A program made the translations under genes and the position numbers. The notes beneath the pieces were generated by a model. It made no database searches. It saw nothing but the letters and a program-made list of their open reading frames with translations, and was not told the origin of the DNA. Source: Armatimonadota bacterium (lineage in GTDB: Bacteria; Armatimonadota; SYMT01). From it: a stretch of 64,000 nucleotides of DNA. Below, in pieces: positions 20,148 to 30,193 of the stretch (position 1 is its first letter; each line of letters starts with the position of its first letter). Location: the NCBI GenBank assembly GCA_041690135.1, contig JAWLHY010000002.1, forward strand, positions 1,168,342 through 1,232,341, read 5' to 3'.

Positions 20148-21107
20148 GTGACTCGCTTTCCCGATAGCCGCATTCTTGCCGCGCTTGTGACGACAGTGTT
20201 CCTCTGGGCCTCGGCCTTTCCCGCCATGCGGGCCGTGCTGCAGGTCTACTCTCCCGCGCATCTGGCGCTGCTGCGCTTTCTGGTTGCGTCGGCCGTTCTC
20301 GGTCTCTATGCCGCCGTGGTGCGCCTCCGGCTCCCGGAAAAGCGGGACCTGCCGGGGGTTCTTACCTGCGGCGTGTTGGGGGTGACGGTCTACCACCTGG
20401 CCCTGTGTGCTGGGCAGGCGCGGGTGACGGCCGGCAGCGCCAGTATCCTGGTGAACGCCAGTCCGGTGTTCACGGCGTTGCTGGCAACGCTGTTCCTGGG
20501 CGACCGGTTGGGAGCACGGGGCTGGATTGGTATCGGTGTGAGCTTCGGAGGAGTGGCACTGATCGCGCTGGGCGAGGGGAAGGGTCTTCAACTGAACGCA
20601 GGGGCGCTCCTGATTCTCCTGGCCGCGTTCTCGGTAAGCCTTTACACCGTGATTCAAAAACCGTACCTGAAGCGGTACTCCCCGCTGGAGTTCAGCGCCT
20701 ACTCCATCTGGAGTGGCACGCTGTTGATGCTGCCGATTGCGGTGGCGGGCTTTCCGGAGGCGGTCACGAGGGCGCCCCTTTCCCTCACCCTCACCGGGGT
20801 GTACCTGGGCATCTTCCCGGCTGCTCTCGCCTACATCACCTGGACCTATCTCCTCTCACGACTGCCGGCGGCCCGGGCGGCGAGCCTGCTTTACATGGTG
20901 CCCCCGTTGGTGATGTGCATGGCCTGGGTCCTGCTGCGTGAAGTGCCGCCCGCCCTCTCCATCGTGGGCGGCGCGGTGGCACTCATGGGCGTCGCACTGA
21001 CGAGTCTTCAGCGGAATCCTGGCTTCCAGGCGGGGCCGGGGAGATGCCCGACCGTAGCTGCGACCGCGCTACGGGGACCGTGCATCTCCCCGGCGGCCGA
21101 CGACTAA
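20148..21107 (+). CDS. EamA/DMT family transporter
   Basis: About 10 TM helices; LWASAF, LRFLVA, ASILVNASPVF. Confidence 0.88.
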   Translation: MTRFPDSRILAALVTTVFLWASAFPAMRAVLQVYSPAHLALLRFLVASAVLGLYAAVVRLRLPEKRDLPGVLTCGVLGVTVYHLALCAGQARVTAGSASILVNASPVFTALLATLFLGDRLGARGWIGIGVSFGGVALIALGEGKGLQLNAGALLILLAAFSVSLYTVIQKPYLKRYSPLEFSAYSIWSGTLLMLPIAVAGFPEAVTRAPLSLTLTGVYLGIFPAALAYITWTYLLSRLPAARAASLLYMVPPLVMCMAWVLLREVPPALSIVGGAVALMGVALTSLQRNPGFQAGPGRCPTVAATALRGPCISPAADD

Positions 21108-21153
21108 GGGGATGGCGGCAGTGACTGCTCAGTCACTCGCCCTAACCCCTTAG
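21104..21153. mobile_element. MITE family A, 50-bp ends-only copy
   Basis: CTAAGGGGATGG-CGGCAGTGACTG-CT-CAGTCACTCG-CCCTAACCCCTTAG; supplies the TAA stop of the EamA gene. Confidence 0.6.
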
Positions 21154-21575
21154 TCCGGTGCCACTTACGACCACCGTACCCGAATCCCGGACTGGCGTCC
21201 GGACTCCCATCCCGGGCCTGATCTGGTTCGAAACCGCGGGCGACCACCACGTTGCGTGGCGGTCGCCAGTGACTTCCCTCTCGCCCTTAGTGTCGGGGAG
21301 AACGCCATCCACGCCGAACGCTCAACCTGCAGCAGGGGCGAGGGCTTCAGCCGGCTGCCGCCCGGCGGCGAGAAGGATGAGATCCGCTACAAGGGCGTGG
21401 ATCCATCCACTGGGCACCCCCGGCGAGTGTACATTCTGTACTCCCTGCGAGCAGGGAGTACAGTCCAACCTTGCGGTCGGCTGTACCGGGAAAAAGAAGC
21501 GGCATCTGTGTCTAACCCTCCGTTGCGGCAGGCTCTAGAATGGCGGCTATGGACAAGGGTGAGGGGAAGCTACTG

Positions 21576-22904
21576 ATGGTCTCAATCCTGCGTGGAACCC
21601 ACTATGCCTGGGTGGTGGCGGCGGTAACGTTCCTCGCCCTTCTGGCGGCGGCGGGTGTCCGTTCGGCGCCGGGAGTCCTGATCGTGCCGTTCGGAAACGA
21701 GTTCGGCTGGAGCCGCTCCACGCTTTCCGCGGCGGTGTCGGTGAACCTGCTGATGTATGGTCTCGTTGGTCCGTTTGCCGCCGCGATCATGGGCCGGATG
21801 GGGATCCGCAGGACCGTTCTCCTCGCCCTGGTTGCAGTCACCGCGGGCCTGGCACTGACGATGGCGATGGCGGCGCCGTGGCAGATGACCGTCCTGTGGG
21901 GCGTGGTAATCGGCGGGAGCACCGGCATGGTCGCTATGGTGATGGCGGCCACTGTCGTGAACCGCTGGTTTGCCGCACGACGGGGTCTGGTGCTTGGGGT
22001 GCTGGCAGCTAGCACCGCCGCGGGGCAACTGGTCTTCCTGCCGCTTATGGCGGCTATCATTCAGAAGTCCGGTTGGCGACCGGCAGTCTGGCTGCTGGCT
22101 GGTATGGTGGTCCTCGTCATTCCCCTGATCATATGCTTCTTACGGGACTCGCCCGCGGACGTCGGCCAGCGTCCCTACGGTGAAGTGGAGGGAGCCACAA
22201 CGGAAGAAACGGCTGCCCATGCCCCTCTGGCAGCGGAGGCGATGCATTCCCTGGTCGTTGGGCTCCGCTCCCGTGATTTCTGGTTGCTGGCGGGGAGCTT
22301 CTTCGTGTGCGGCGCCAGCACGAACGGGCTGATGGGCACGCACCTGGTCCCGGCGTGTGCGGATTTGGGAATGCCGGAAGTCCAGGCCGCCGGTCTCCTG
22401 GCCCTGATGGGCCTGTTCAATGTGGTGGGGACCACCGGCTCCGGTTGGCTGTCGGACCGCTTCGACAACCGGGTGTTGTTGAGCTGGTATTATGGCCTGC
22501 GAGGCCTGGCGCTGATCTACTTCCCATTTGGCCTGGTGGAAGCGTCGTGGGGTCTTACGCTCGTCTCGATCTTCTTCGGGCTCGACTGGGTTGCCACCGT
22601 GCCGCCGACGGTACGCCTCACGACGGATACGTTCGGCAAGGCACGCTCGGGAATCATGTTCGGCTGGATCATGGCCGCGCACCAAGTCGGCGCGGCCGCG
22701 GCGGCCCTGGGTGCGGGCGCCATCAGCACGTGGAGTGGGAGTTACGAGCGCGCCTTTCTCACCTCCGGCGCGATCTGTCTCTTCACCGCAGCGATGGTTC
22801 TGCAGATTCGCCGGGCCGGATCGACGCCGTCCGGCGATACTCCCGATATGGAGAATACTCAGTCCGGCGTAGAGTCGGGCTGGAAGGTGGAGCCGGCGAG
22901 ATGA
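21576..22904 (+). CDS. MFS transporter
   Basis: About 12 TM helices; NRWFAARRGL, GWLSDRF, LDWVATVPPT. Confidence 0.9.
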   Translation: MVSILRGTHYAWVVAAVTFLALLAAAGVRSAPGVLIVPFGNEFGWSRSTLSAAVSVNLLMYGLVGPFAAAIMGRMGIRRTVLLALVAVTAGLALTMAMAAPWQMTVLWGVVIGGSTGMVAMVMAATVVNRWFAARRGLVLGVLAASTAAGQLVFLPLMAAIIQKSGWRPAVWLLAGMVVLVIPLIICFLRDSPADVGQRPYGEVEGATTEETAAHAPLAAEAMHSLVVGLRSRDFWLLAGSFFVCGASTNGLMGTHLVPACADLGMPEVQAAGLLALMGLFNVVGTTGSGWLSDRFDNRVLLSWYYGLRGLALIYFPFGLVEASWGLTLVSIFFGLDWVATVPPTVRLTTDTFGKARSGIMFGWIMAAHQVGAAAAALGAGAISTWSGSYERAFLTSGAICLFTAAMVLQIRRAGSTPSGDTPDMENTQSGVESGWKVEPAR

Positions 22905-23476
22905 GACGCCTCTGCTCGCGTCTGTTGATCGCGGGGGCCATTGCGGCGCTGGTCGCGGCCGTGCTGGTGCGTCCCCGCTTCGGGCATCCCGTCACCCCCT
23001 TCATGCGCGAGGCCGCCGCGGCCGCGACCGGCCGGGTCGTACCGCGTTTCCACGAGAGAGCCCGCGATCGGCCGCTGGTAGTGGTGTTCATCCGGCCGGA
23101 CTGCCCGTGCAGCGAGGCCTACGAGCCGTACACTCACGAGCTCTTCCGAGCCTACCAGTCCCGGGCGGATTTCCTGGGGGTCGTGGCCGGTGAGGTCCAG
23201 GAGGCGGAAAGCTGGCGGCAGAAGCACGGCACGCCCTTCGGTGTCGTCGCGGATGTCGATCGCTCGCTTGCGCGCGGTTACGCGGCGGAGCGCTCCGCCT
23301 ACACGGCGCTCCTGCTCGACGGGGAGACCGTCCACCACCTCTGGCCCGGCTACTCGGCCGGAATGCTCCAGGATTTAGGGAAGCGGCTGGCGGCCGCCAC
23401 GGGAACACCGGAAGCCTCGCTCCCGCTGGCCGGTGCGCCGGAGACGCTCACGTCGGGCTGCCTGCTGGAGCCGTAG
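22901..23476 (+). CDS. Membrane-anchored redoxin (thioredoxin-like) protein
   Basis: ATGA overlap with the MFS stop; TM helix; CPCS motif. Confidence 0.7.
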   Translation: MRRLCSRLLIAGAIAALVAAVLVRPRFGHPVTPFMREAAAAATGRVVPRFHERARDRPLVVVFIRPDCPCSEAYEPYTHELFRAYQSRADFLGVVAGEVQEAESWRQKHGTPFGVVADVDRSLARGYAAERSAYTALLLDGETVHHLWPGYSAGMLQDLGKRLAAATGTPEASLPLAGAPETLTSGCLLEP

Positions 23477-23503
23477 GCCTCACCGCCCTCCAAGTCTTCT
23501 GGC

Positions 23504-23974
23504 TTACAACCCCAACTCGGAGAGCCCCGGGTGGTCGTCCGGCCGTCGCCCCAGCGGCCAATGGTACTTGCGGTCCGCCTCCCGGATCGGCAGGTCATTG
23601 ATGCTCGCGATCCGGCGGCGCATCAGGCCGTTCTCCGCGAACTCCCAGTTCTCGTTGCCGTAGGAGCGGAACCAGTGTCCGGAATCGTCGTGCCACTCGT
23701 AGGCGAACCGAACGGCAATGCGGTTTTCCTGGCAGGCCCACAGCTCCTTGATGAGCCGGTAGTCCAGCTCCCTGGCCCATTTCCGCCGCAGGAACTCCAC
23801 GATAGCCTCGCGGCCGGTCAGAAACTCCGCCCGGTTGCGCCAGGTGCTGTCCGGCGTGTAGGCGAGGGCAACCCGCTCCGGGTCACGGGTGTTCCAGGCA
23901 TCTTCCGCCATGCGGACCTTCTGCGCGGCGGTTTCCGGGGTGAATGGGGGAAAGGGCGGGCGCTCTTCAGCCAT
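23504..23974 (-). CDS. DUF1348 / NTF2-like protein
   Basis: [14 protein letters not shown]; YRLIKELW; [10 protein letters not shown]. Confidence 0.92.
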   Translation of the reverse strand: MAEERPPFPPFTPETAAQKVRMAEDAWNTRDPERVALAYTPDSTWRNRAEFLTGREAIVEFLRRKWARELDYRLIKELWACQENRIAVRFAYEWHDDSGHWFRSYGNENWEFAENGLMRRRIASINDLPIREADRKYHWPLGRRPDDHPGLSELGL

Positions 23975-23980
23975 CGGTCA

Positions 23981-24550
23981 TCACCCTTTCGGGGGGAGGG
24001 TAAACAGATCCGCCACACGGTAGCGGAGGTCGGGGATTAGCCCGGGAGCCGTGAGTTCATCGGTCGGCACGAGGCGCACCACCGAGCGGTCGCTGCGGTA
24101 GATGTGAACGATCCGCGTTTCCGGGTTGACCACCCAGACCAGCGGCACCCCGGCGGCGAGGTATTCCTCGATCTTGGTGTCCACTTCGTAGACCGTGTCG
24201 TTCGGCGAGACGACTTCCACGGCGAGGTCCGGGGGAATCGGAATATGGCCCGCGGGAATCTGTTCATCCGGCAGCCGGCCCCGGCAAATGAAAGAGACAT
24301 CCGGTTTCCGGACTTTCCGGGGGTCATCCGGGAAGCACTGGTAGCCGGTCTCGGAGATCGCCCAGCCGAGCCCGCGGTCTTCACCAAGGTTGCCGAGTAG
24401 CCGGAGAATTCGCCCGCTCACCCAATCGGCGAAGCCGCCCACATGTTTCTCCACCAGATTTCCGCCCACAAGTTCGTAGGCTTTGCCGTCATCGGGCAGC
24501 GACAACAGGTCTTCGGGAGTGTAGGTCGTTTCTGCGGCGATTGCGATCAT
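23981..24550 (-). CDS. Uma2 family endonuclease
   Basis: YELVGG; RKPDVSF; PDLAVEVVSPND; YLAAGV. Confidence 0.9.
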   Translation of the reverse strand: MIAIAAETTYTPEDLLSLPDDGKAYELVGGNLVEKHVGGFADWVSGRILRLLGNLGEDRGLGWAISETGYQCFPDDPRKVRKPDVSFICRGRLPDEQIPAGHIPIPPDLAVEVVSPNDTVYEVDTKIEEYLAAGVPLVWVVNPETRIVHIYRSDRSVVRLVPTDELTAPGLIPDLRYRVADLFTLPPKG

Positions 24551-24935
24551 TCTCAGTCCTTCTCCTGGCGTGAACCCCACTGCCGGGTGCCTGTTCGGCT
24601 CCAGGCAGTGATTATCCTTGTGTTTAGCCCTTCTTCCGCCGGTGGTGATGCGTCTCCGGCAGTAATGAGTTGGCCGTTGGAGAGGGGCCCTGTCTCGGAT
24701 TGTACCCGAGTTGGCGGATAGCGTACCCTCTGCAATGCCGCCCGAGCCCCAGGCCCCGCGCCAGTCACGCCGATACTCCCGCCACCGGCCAGTGGGTCCG
24801 CCGCTCGAACACGCCTTCCAACCGTCCGCCAACCGGAGCGGGCCGCCGCGCATTTGTTAGGAAAGTCCTCCCGGCTTGGGAGGTCCCCAGGCCCAGCAGG
24901 CGCGACCCGCGCCCTGCCGTCGTGGAGAACGTCGC

Positions 24936-26558
24936 ATGCGCATCCTGCTCATCAATCCACCGCATCCCTCCATCGGCAGTCGCATCCCGCGGGAGCAATT
25001 GCCGCCGCTCGGCCTGCTCGCGGTGGGTGGACCGCTCCTGGATGCCGGACACGAGGTGCGACTGCTGGACGCCGAGTTCGGGCCGCTCCCCACGGCGGAG
25101 ATCGTGAGGCAGGCGGTGGAGTTCGCTCCCCAGGCACTGCTGCTGGGACATTCCGGCTCGACCTCTGGCCATCCCGTCGTCTCGGAGTTGACGCGGGAAC
25201 TGCGGAGGGCGCTACCGGACGCCTGCATCGTCTACGGCGGGGTCTTCCCGACCTACCACTGGCGCGAGGTCCTGGAGCAGGAGCCGCAGGTGGACGTGAT
25301 CGTTCGAGGCGAAGGCGAGGCGACGGCCACGCGGTTGATGGCGGCGCTCCAGGCGGGCGCGCCACTGGGACGTATCCCGGGGCTTGCATTTCGCCGGGAC
25401 GGTCGACCCGTCGCCACGCCTTCGGCGCCGGTGATCCGGGATCTGGACGCCTACCGCATCGGCTGGGAGCTGATCGACCACTCCCGCTACAGCTATTGGG
25501 GCGGTCTCCGGGCGGTGGTGGTGCAGTTCTCGCGCGGATGCCCGCACCCGTGCAATTACTGCGGCCAGCGCGGCTTCTGGACCCGCTGGCGGCACCGGGA
25601 TCCGGTGAAGTTCGCCGCGGAGATCGCCCGGCTGTACCGGGAGCACGGCGTGGTGGTGTTCAACTTCGCGGACGAAAACCCGACGGCTTCCCCGCGAGCC
25701 TGGAAGGCTTTCCTGGAGGCGCTCATCGCCGAGAACGTGACGGTGAAGCTCGTCGGCTCGACCCGCGCCGACGACATCGTCCGCGACGCGGAGATCCTGC
25801 CGCTCTACAAGCAGGCCGGGGTGGAGCGCTGGCTGCTAGGGATGGAAAACTACGACGAGGCGACCCTCCAGAAGATCCGGAAGGGCGGCTCCCCGACCAA
25901 GGATCGACAGGCGATCCAACTCCTGCGCCGGCACGGCATCCTTTCGATGGCCACGTGGGTGGTCGGTTTCGAGGAAGAGACGGACCGCGACTATCGGCAC
26001 GGCCTGCGGCAACTCTTGGCTTACGATCCCGACCAGATCCAGCTCCTCTATGCGACTCCGCACCGCTGGACCCCCTTTTACCGGCTGGAGACGGAACGCC
26101 GGGTGATCCAGACCGATACCCGGTGCTGGGACTACAAGCACCAGGTGCTCGCCAGTCATCACATGCCGCCCTGGCGGGTGCTGCTGTGGGTGAAAACGAT
26201 CGAGGTGATCATGCAGCTCCGCCCGCGCGCCCTGGCCCGTGTGCTTTTCATGCGGGACCCGGTGATCCGGCGTGCCCACCGGTGGTACTACCGGATGGGC
26301 CGGCGCGTGTGGCCGCACGAGATCCTGGGCTTCCTTTTCCGGGAGCGGCGCACCGCAGAGGGTCCCACCCTGGCGGAGTTCTGGGGGCCGCCTCAGGATG
26401 CCGAAGAGGAGTCCATGCTTCCGCGTCCGACGGCCACCGCGGGCCTGTGTACCCTCGATCCACTCCCTCCCGTGCCAACGGGGGGCTTCGCAGCTCCACC
26501 AAGCCGTGGAGACGTCCGGGAACAAGTGCTCTCCAGGCAACTCCGAGAGGTGGCGTAG
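24936..26558 (+). CDS. B12-binding radical SAM enzyme (BchE-like)
   Basis: RILLINPP cobalamin-binding N-terminus; GGVFPT; RGCPHPCNYC; FADENP; WDYKHQV. Confidence 0.88.
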   Translation: MRILLINPPHPSIGSRIPREQLPPLGLLAVGGPLLDAGHEVRLLDAEFGPLPTAEIVRQAVEFAPQALLLGHSGSTSGHPVVSELTRELRRALPDACIVYGGVFPTYHWREVLEQEPQVDVIVRGEGEATATRLMAALQAGAPLGRIPGLAFRRDGRPVATPSAPVIRDLDAYRIGWELIDHSRYSYWGGLRAVVVQFSRGCPHPCNYCGQRGFWTRWRHRDPVKFAAEIARLYREHGVVVFNFADENPTASPRAWKAFLEALIAENVTVKLVGSTRADDIVRDAEILPLYKQAGVERWLLGMENYDEATLQKIRKGGSPTKDRQAIQLLRRHGILSMATWVVGFEEETDRDYRHGLRQLLAYDPDQIQLLYATPHRWTPFYRLETERRVIQTDTRCWDYKHQVLASHHMPPWRVLLWVKTIEVIMQLRPRALARVLFMRDPVIRRAHRWYYRMGRRVWPHEILGFLFRERRTAEGPTLAEFWGPPQDAEEESMLPRPTATAGLCTLDPLPPVPTGGFAAPPSRGDVREQVLSRQLREVA

Positions 26559-27294
26559 GACGCTGCAAAGGCTTCACACGACTGGATTATTGCCAACTCT
26601 ACCGGATCAAAGGCAGCGACAACTTCGAAGTCTTTCCTTGAGGCAACAGTCTCTTGAAAAGAGATTTGCCCCGCGTTACCGGCGCGCTCTCTCGTAGCGG
26701 ATAGGGCGCCGGGTCTCCTACAGCACGCCATATTATGCACCGGGCGCATCCATTGCATAGCGTGCTTCCTGTGCTGAATCCCCCGAATGTGGTTCCGCTT
26801 GCGGAGTACTGCCTCATGGGGGACTGCCCGTGCCTATCCACGGACCTTTGCGTCATCTGTGGTCCAGATCCTCCGGGGTGAAGTGATATCTCGGAAAGCC
26901 ACGATGTGACTCGGGAATCAGCTTCTTTCCGGGTGTGGGTGCTTACCACTTTGAGACAATCCCGTCAACATTCAGTGACTGTATTATCGCATACTTCCAG
27001 GGGGCCTCAGGATACGATTCCGCGGCGGCAGGTGTGTACTACCGATGCGGAGTACGGCTGAAAATATATGTTAATCTCCTTCAATGGTTGTAGTAGGAGG
27101 AATTCCATTTCGGCCCGTTAAAGCTCTCCATTGAGGATTTACTGCGTGATAGTAATCGAATCGCAGTATTCGCATTCTTCCATTCCGAGCGGGTGTTGGT
27201 CGGTTGGAGTTAAACGAAGCGAACCACGATTTATGGGTGCTGCAGTGCGGCAGTATCCGCGAAAACTTCTGCCACTGAAGCTGGGAGGATTGAA

Positions 27295-27903
27295 ATGGAG
27301 AGCAGCCGTCTCTGCGACCTGGAGAGTGTCATTCCGTCGATATATCCGCCCTCTCCAGAGCTTTGTCTCAGTATTCTGCTCATCGCCCGCCGATCGGGAC
27401 GGAGCGTTGGCCTGGGAGCCGATGCGGTGGAAGACTGCGCGATGGAGTTTCTGGTGCATCTCCTGGAAGACGACGGACGCCGGCTGAAGCAGGCGCCTTC
27501 CCATCCCGCACTGTTTCCCTGGCTGCGCCGGTGTGCTCGGAATTTCGCTTGTAATGTTCTTCGCTCGCAGGTTGCCGTGGCTCGCCGTCAGGAGCCAATG
27601 GTTCCGGAAACACTGGACCGTGGCATCGGGGAGACGGTTCTCAGGGCCGTGGACCGCGATAGCCTGCGGGTAGAATTCTGGTCCCTGATGTTTAGCTCGA
27701 TTCGGGGCCTTTCGCGCACGCACCAGGAGATCCTCATCCGGTTCTATGTCTCCGGGCAGTCGGTAGAAGAACTAGCGTTGGAGATGGATCGCACGCCGCA
27801 TGCCGTGGAGCAGGCACTATTCCGCGCACGAAAGCGTCTGCGTGAAGAACTGGTTCGCCACGGCATTGATGAAACGGATCTGCTTGCTTACTTGCGGGAG
27901 TAA
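27295..27903 (+). CDS. ECF-type sigma-70 factor
   Basis: GGAGG RBS; region 2 FPWLRRCARN; region 4 SVEELALEMDRTPHAVEQALFRARKRLR. Confidence 0.85.
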   Translation: MESSRLCDLESVIPSIYPPSPELCLSILLIARRSGRSVGLGADAVEDCAMEFLVHLLEDDGRRLKQAPSHPALFPWLRRCARNFACNVLRSQVAVARRQEPMVPETLDRGIGETVLRAVDRDSLRVEFWSLMFSSIRGLSRTHQEILIRFYVSGQSVEELALEMDRTPHAVEQALFRARKRLREELVRHGIDETDLLAYLRE

Positions 27904-28093
27904 GCAGATCCGGAGCGAGTGAGCCGAAAGATTCTCTTGAGAAACAGCGTGAGGTTTGGTGCGTCATAGGTGTTCTTTCTATTGAGACGCAACACAGCGC
28001 CAACTTCGTTCTGAATTTCGAGTAACTCGTTCCAACCCGTATTTAAATCGCGGTTGGGTACGCGTGTTCTCTGATTAATTCCAGGAGAACGGC

Positions 28094-28729
28094 ATGCCGA
28101 TGCATCCACTCCTTCCCCTCATGGCCCGGTTTATTCTGGGATTCATGTGGATACTTGCCGCACTCGGCAAACTCGCCCGGCGTGGCAGTGGCGGAAACGA
28201 ACTCGTGCAGTCACTGGGGGTGCGGCCGGAGTGGCTGAGTTCCCTGGCGACAACGGTGCTTCCGTTGGTGGAGCTGGGTTTGGGGGTCGCGCTACTGCTT
28301 GGGATCGGAGGGGATTGGGCTGCTTACGGAAGCCTGGGATTGCTTCTGGTATTCACCACGGTCATCCTCGCGGTTCTTGTCCAGGGCCGGCGTGTCGTGT
28401 GCAACTGTTTCGGTTCGTTGGGGCGAGCGCCGCTTTCAGTTTGGTCCGTGGTTCGAAACGGAGCCTTCGTCCTGCTTACGTTGCTCGCGCTCCATCCGGG
28501 AGCGGACTTCCTTACCGTGGATGGCCTCCTTTCCGGCAGCACGAGGCCGCTGGGGGCGCCGCTCTCGGACTTGATTCCCATGCTGGCGTTGTTCTCGGTG
28601 GTCGGCATTCTGGCGGCGCTGGGGGCCGCTGCGTGGGAGGTGGGCTTGCTGGTGGCGCGAGCGAAGGAGGGTCCGGCACTGCTGGCTCCGGATCGCGACC
28701 GTTTCCGGCGGTGGTTCCGCGTGGTGTGA
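28094..28729 (+). CDS. mauE: MauE/DoxX family membrane protein
   Basis: AALGKL, LPLVELGLG, CNCFG, VVRN; AGGAG RBS. Confidence 0.88.
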   Translation: MPMHPLLPLMARFILGFMWILAALGKLARRGSGGNELVQSLGVRPEWLSSLATTVLPLVELGLGVALLLGIGGDWAAYGSLGLLLVFTTVILAVLVQGRRVVCNCFGSLGRAPLSVWSVVRNGAFVLLTLLALHPGADFLTVDGLLSGSTRPLGAPLSDLIPMLALFSVVGILAALGAAAWEVGLLVARAKEGPALLAPDRDRFRRWFRVV

Positions 28730-28781
28730 AGTAGCATGCGCCTGTTGTGAGGCGCCAAATGGGAAGCAGGAGGGATATCGC

Positions 28782-29447
28782 GTGCCACAAGGTCTCTGGC
28801 TCTATTCGTACCTGGGTCTCTGGGCTCTCTTGATCCTCACCAGTCTGCTGCTCTTTGCGGTGGTCCGGCAGTTACGCGCTCTGCACAGTTTTTGGGTGCA
28901 GAACGACCCGGAATGGGGGTTGCCGCTGGGGGCGCTGGCGCCCGCGGTAGCCGGAGGAGATGTCTTCGGCAATCCGGCCTCGTTGGCAGCTACCCGGGGT
29001 AAGAAGACGCTCATCCTGTTCCTCTCGCGCGGGTGCAAGGCGTGCCGTCAGGTGGTGTTGATGGTCCCCACGCTGGCCCGCTGGGAACAGATGGAGATCC
29101 TGCTGGTGGTGGGCGGCAGCGCCCTCGATGCCCGGCTCTACATGGCGGAACATCACAGGGAGGAGCGGTTTCCGACGGTGCCGGTGCTGTGCGATCGGGA
29201 CTATGGCCTGTTGGAGAAGTACAAGGTTTCCGCCGTGCCCTACGCAGTGGTGGTGGACGAGGATGGCCGCGTGGGGGCCAAGGGCTCCCCGCTGGCGAGT
29301 GCGGAGATCGCGATGCTGCTGCGCCAGGCGGATGAGCTCCGCCGCAAGCGCCAGGAAGCGGCGCCCCGGCCGGGCGTTGGCTTCATCCCCGCGGAGCGGC
29401 TCGTACCGCGCGACGTGGAGAGCGAAGTGGCGGTGTCCGCGCGTTGA
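28782..29447 (+). CDS. mauD: MauD-like membrane-anchored thioredoxin #1
   Basis: N-terminal TM then VRQL..LH; CKAC; VPYAVVVDEDGRVGAKG. Confidence 0.82.
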   Translation: MPQGLWLYSYLGLWALLILTSLLLFAVVRQLRALHSFWVQNDPEWGLPLGALAPAVAGGDVFGNPASLAATRGKKTLILFLSRGCKACRQVVLMVPTLARWEQMEILLVVGGSALDARLYMAEHHREERFPTVPVLCDRDYGLLEKYKVSAVPYAVVVDEDGRVGAKGSPLASAEIAMLLRQADELRRKRQEAAPRPGVGFIPAERLVPRDVESEVAVSAR

Positions 29448-29461
29448 AGCAGGGGGTCGTG

Positions 29462-30070
29462 ATGGAGCGATTTTGGATCGTGACGCATGTTCTGGGCTGG
29501 GGCCTGGGCCTGCTCCAACTGGCGGTGCTGATCGCCCTACTCTGGGCCGTCGGGCGCATTCATCTGAAAGACACGCGGGCCTTTCACGCGTTGATCACCG
29601 ATGAGGGCCCCGACATTCACGAGCCGCTTCCGCCGTTTGCGGGACGCGACGCCACCGGGCGTTCCGTGCGAAGCCTCGACTATGCGGGGAGATCGTTCGT
29701 GCTGCTCCTGGTCAGCCCGGAGTGCGCGCCCTGCGAGCAGTTGCTGGCCGCGGTAAACCCGGCCGTACAGGCCATCCCCGGCTTTCCCGAGCCGGTGGTG
29801 GTGATGGAAGGAGACAGCAGCAATGCCGAGCTCGTTGCGCGCCGCGACCGGTTGAACTGTCCGGTCATCGTCGATCCGGATGGGGCGATCCGCGAAGGGC
29901 TGGGAGTCCAGCGCACCCCGTACGCCTTCCTGGTGGACGAGGCCGGGGTCGTGCGGATGAAGGGCATCGTCAACAGTGGCGGGCAGTTGGAAGGACTGGT
30001 GCGTCGCCGCGGCCGCCACATCGGAAATCTGGAATGGCAGACTGTCGATACGGGTCTATCGACCGCTTGA
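29462..30070 (+). CDS. mauD: MauD-like membrane-anchored thioredoxin #2
   Basis: TM; EGPDI; SPECAPC; TPYAFLVDEAGVVRMKGIVNS..QLEGL. Confidence 0.85.
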   Translation: MERFWIVTHVLGWGLGLLQLAVLIALLWAVGRIHLKDTRAFHALITDEGPDIHEPLPPFAGRDATGRSVRSLDYAGRSFVLLLVSPECAPCEQLLAAVNPAVQAIPGFPEPVVVMEGDSSNAELVARRDRLNCPVIVDPDGAIREGLGVQRTPYAFLVDEAGVVRMKGIVNSGGQLEGLVRRRGRHIGNLEWQTVDTGLSTA

Positions 30071-30193
30071 GCCGGGCCGGCTCGGGCGCTTCACCGCCGA
30101 GACGCTCCGGTGGGACGGATCGCTGGGGTCCGTCGACCGAGGCTCTCATGACCGGGGCCGCCCCGGGTGGGCGACCCAGTAGGAGTTCCCTCC

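Noticed and set aside
21158-21576. Short ORFs between the EamA and MFS genes
   Set aside because: No recognisable motifs; likely intergenic DNA or a decayed fragment
24936-26558. Evidence of phototrophy (true bchE)
   Set aside because: No other bch/puf genes nearby, and BchE-like rSAMs occur in non-phototrophs
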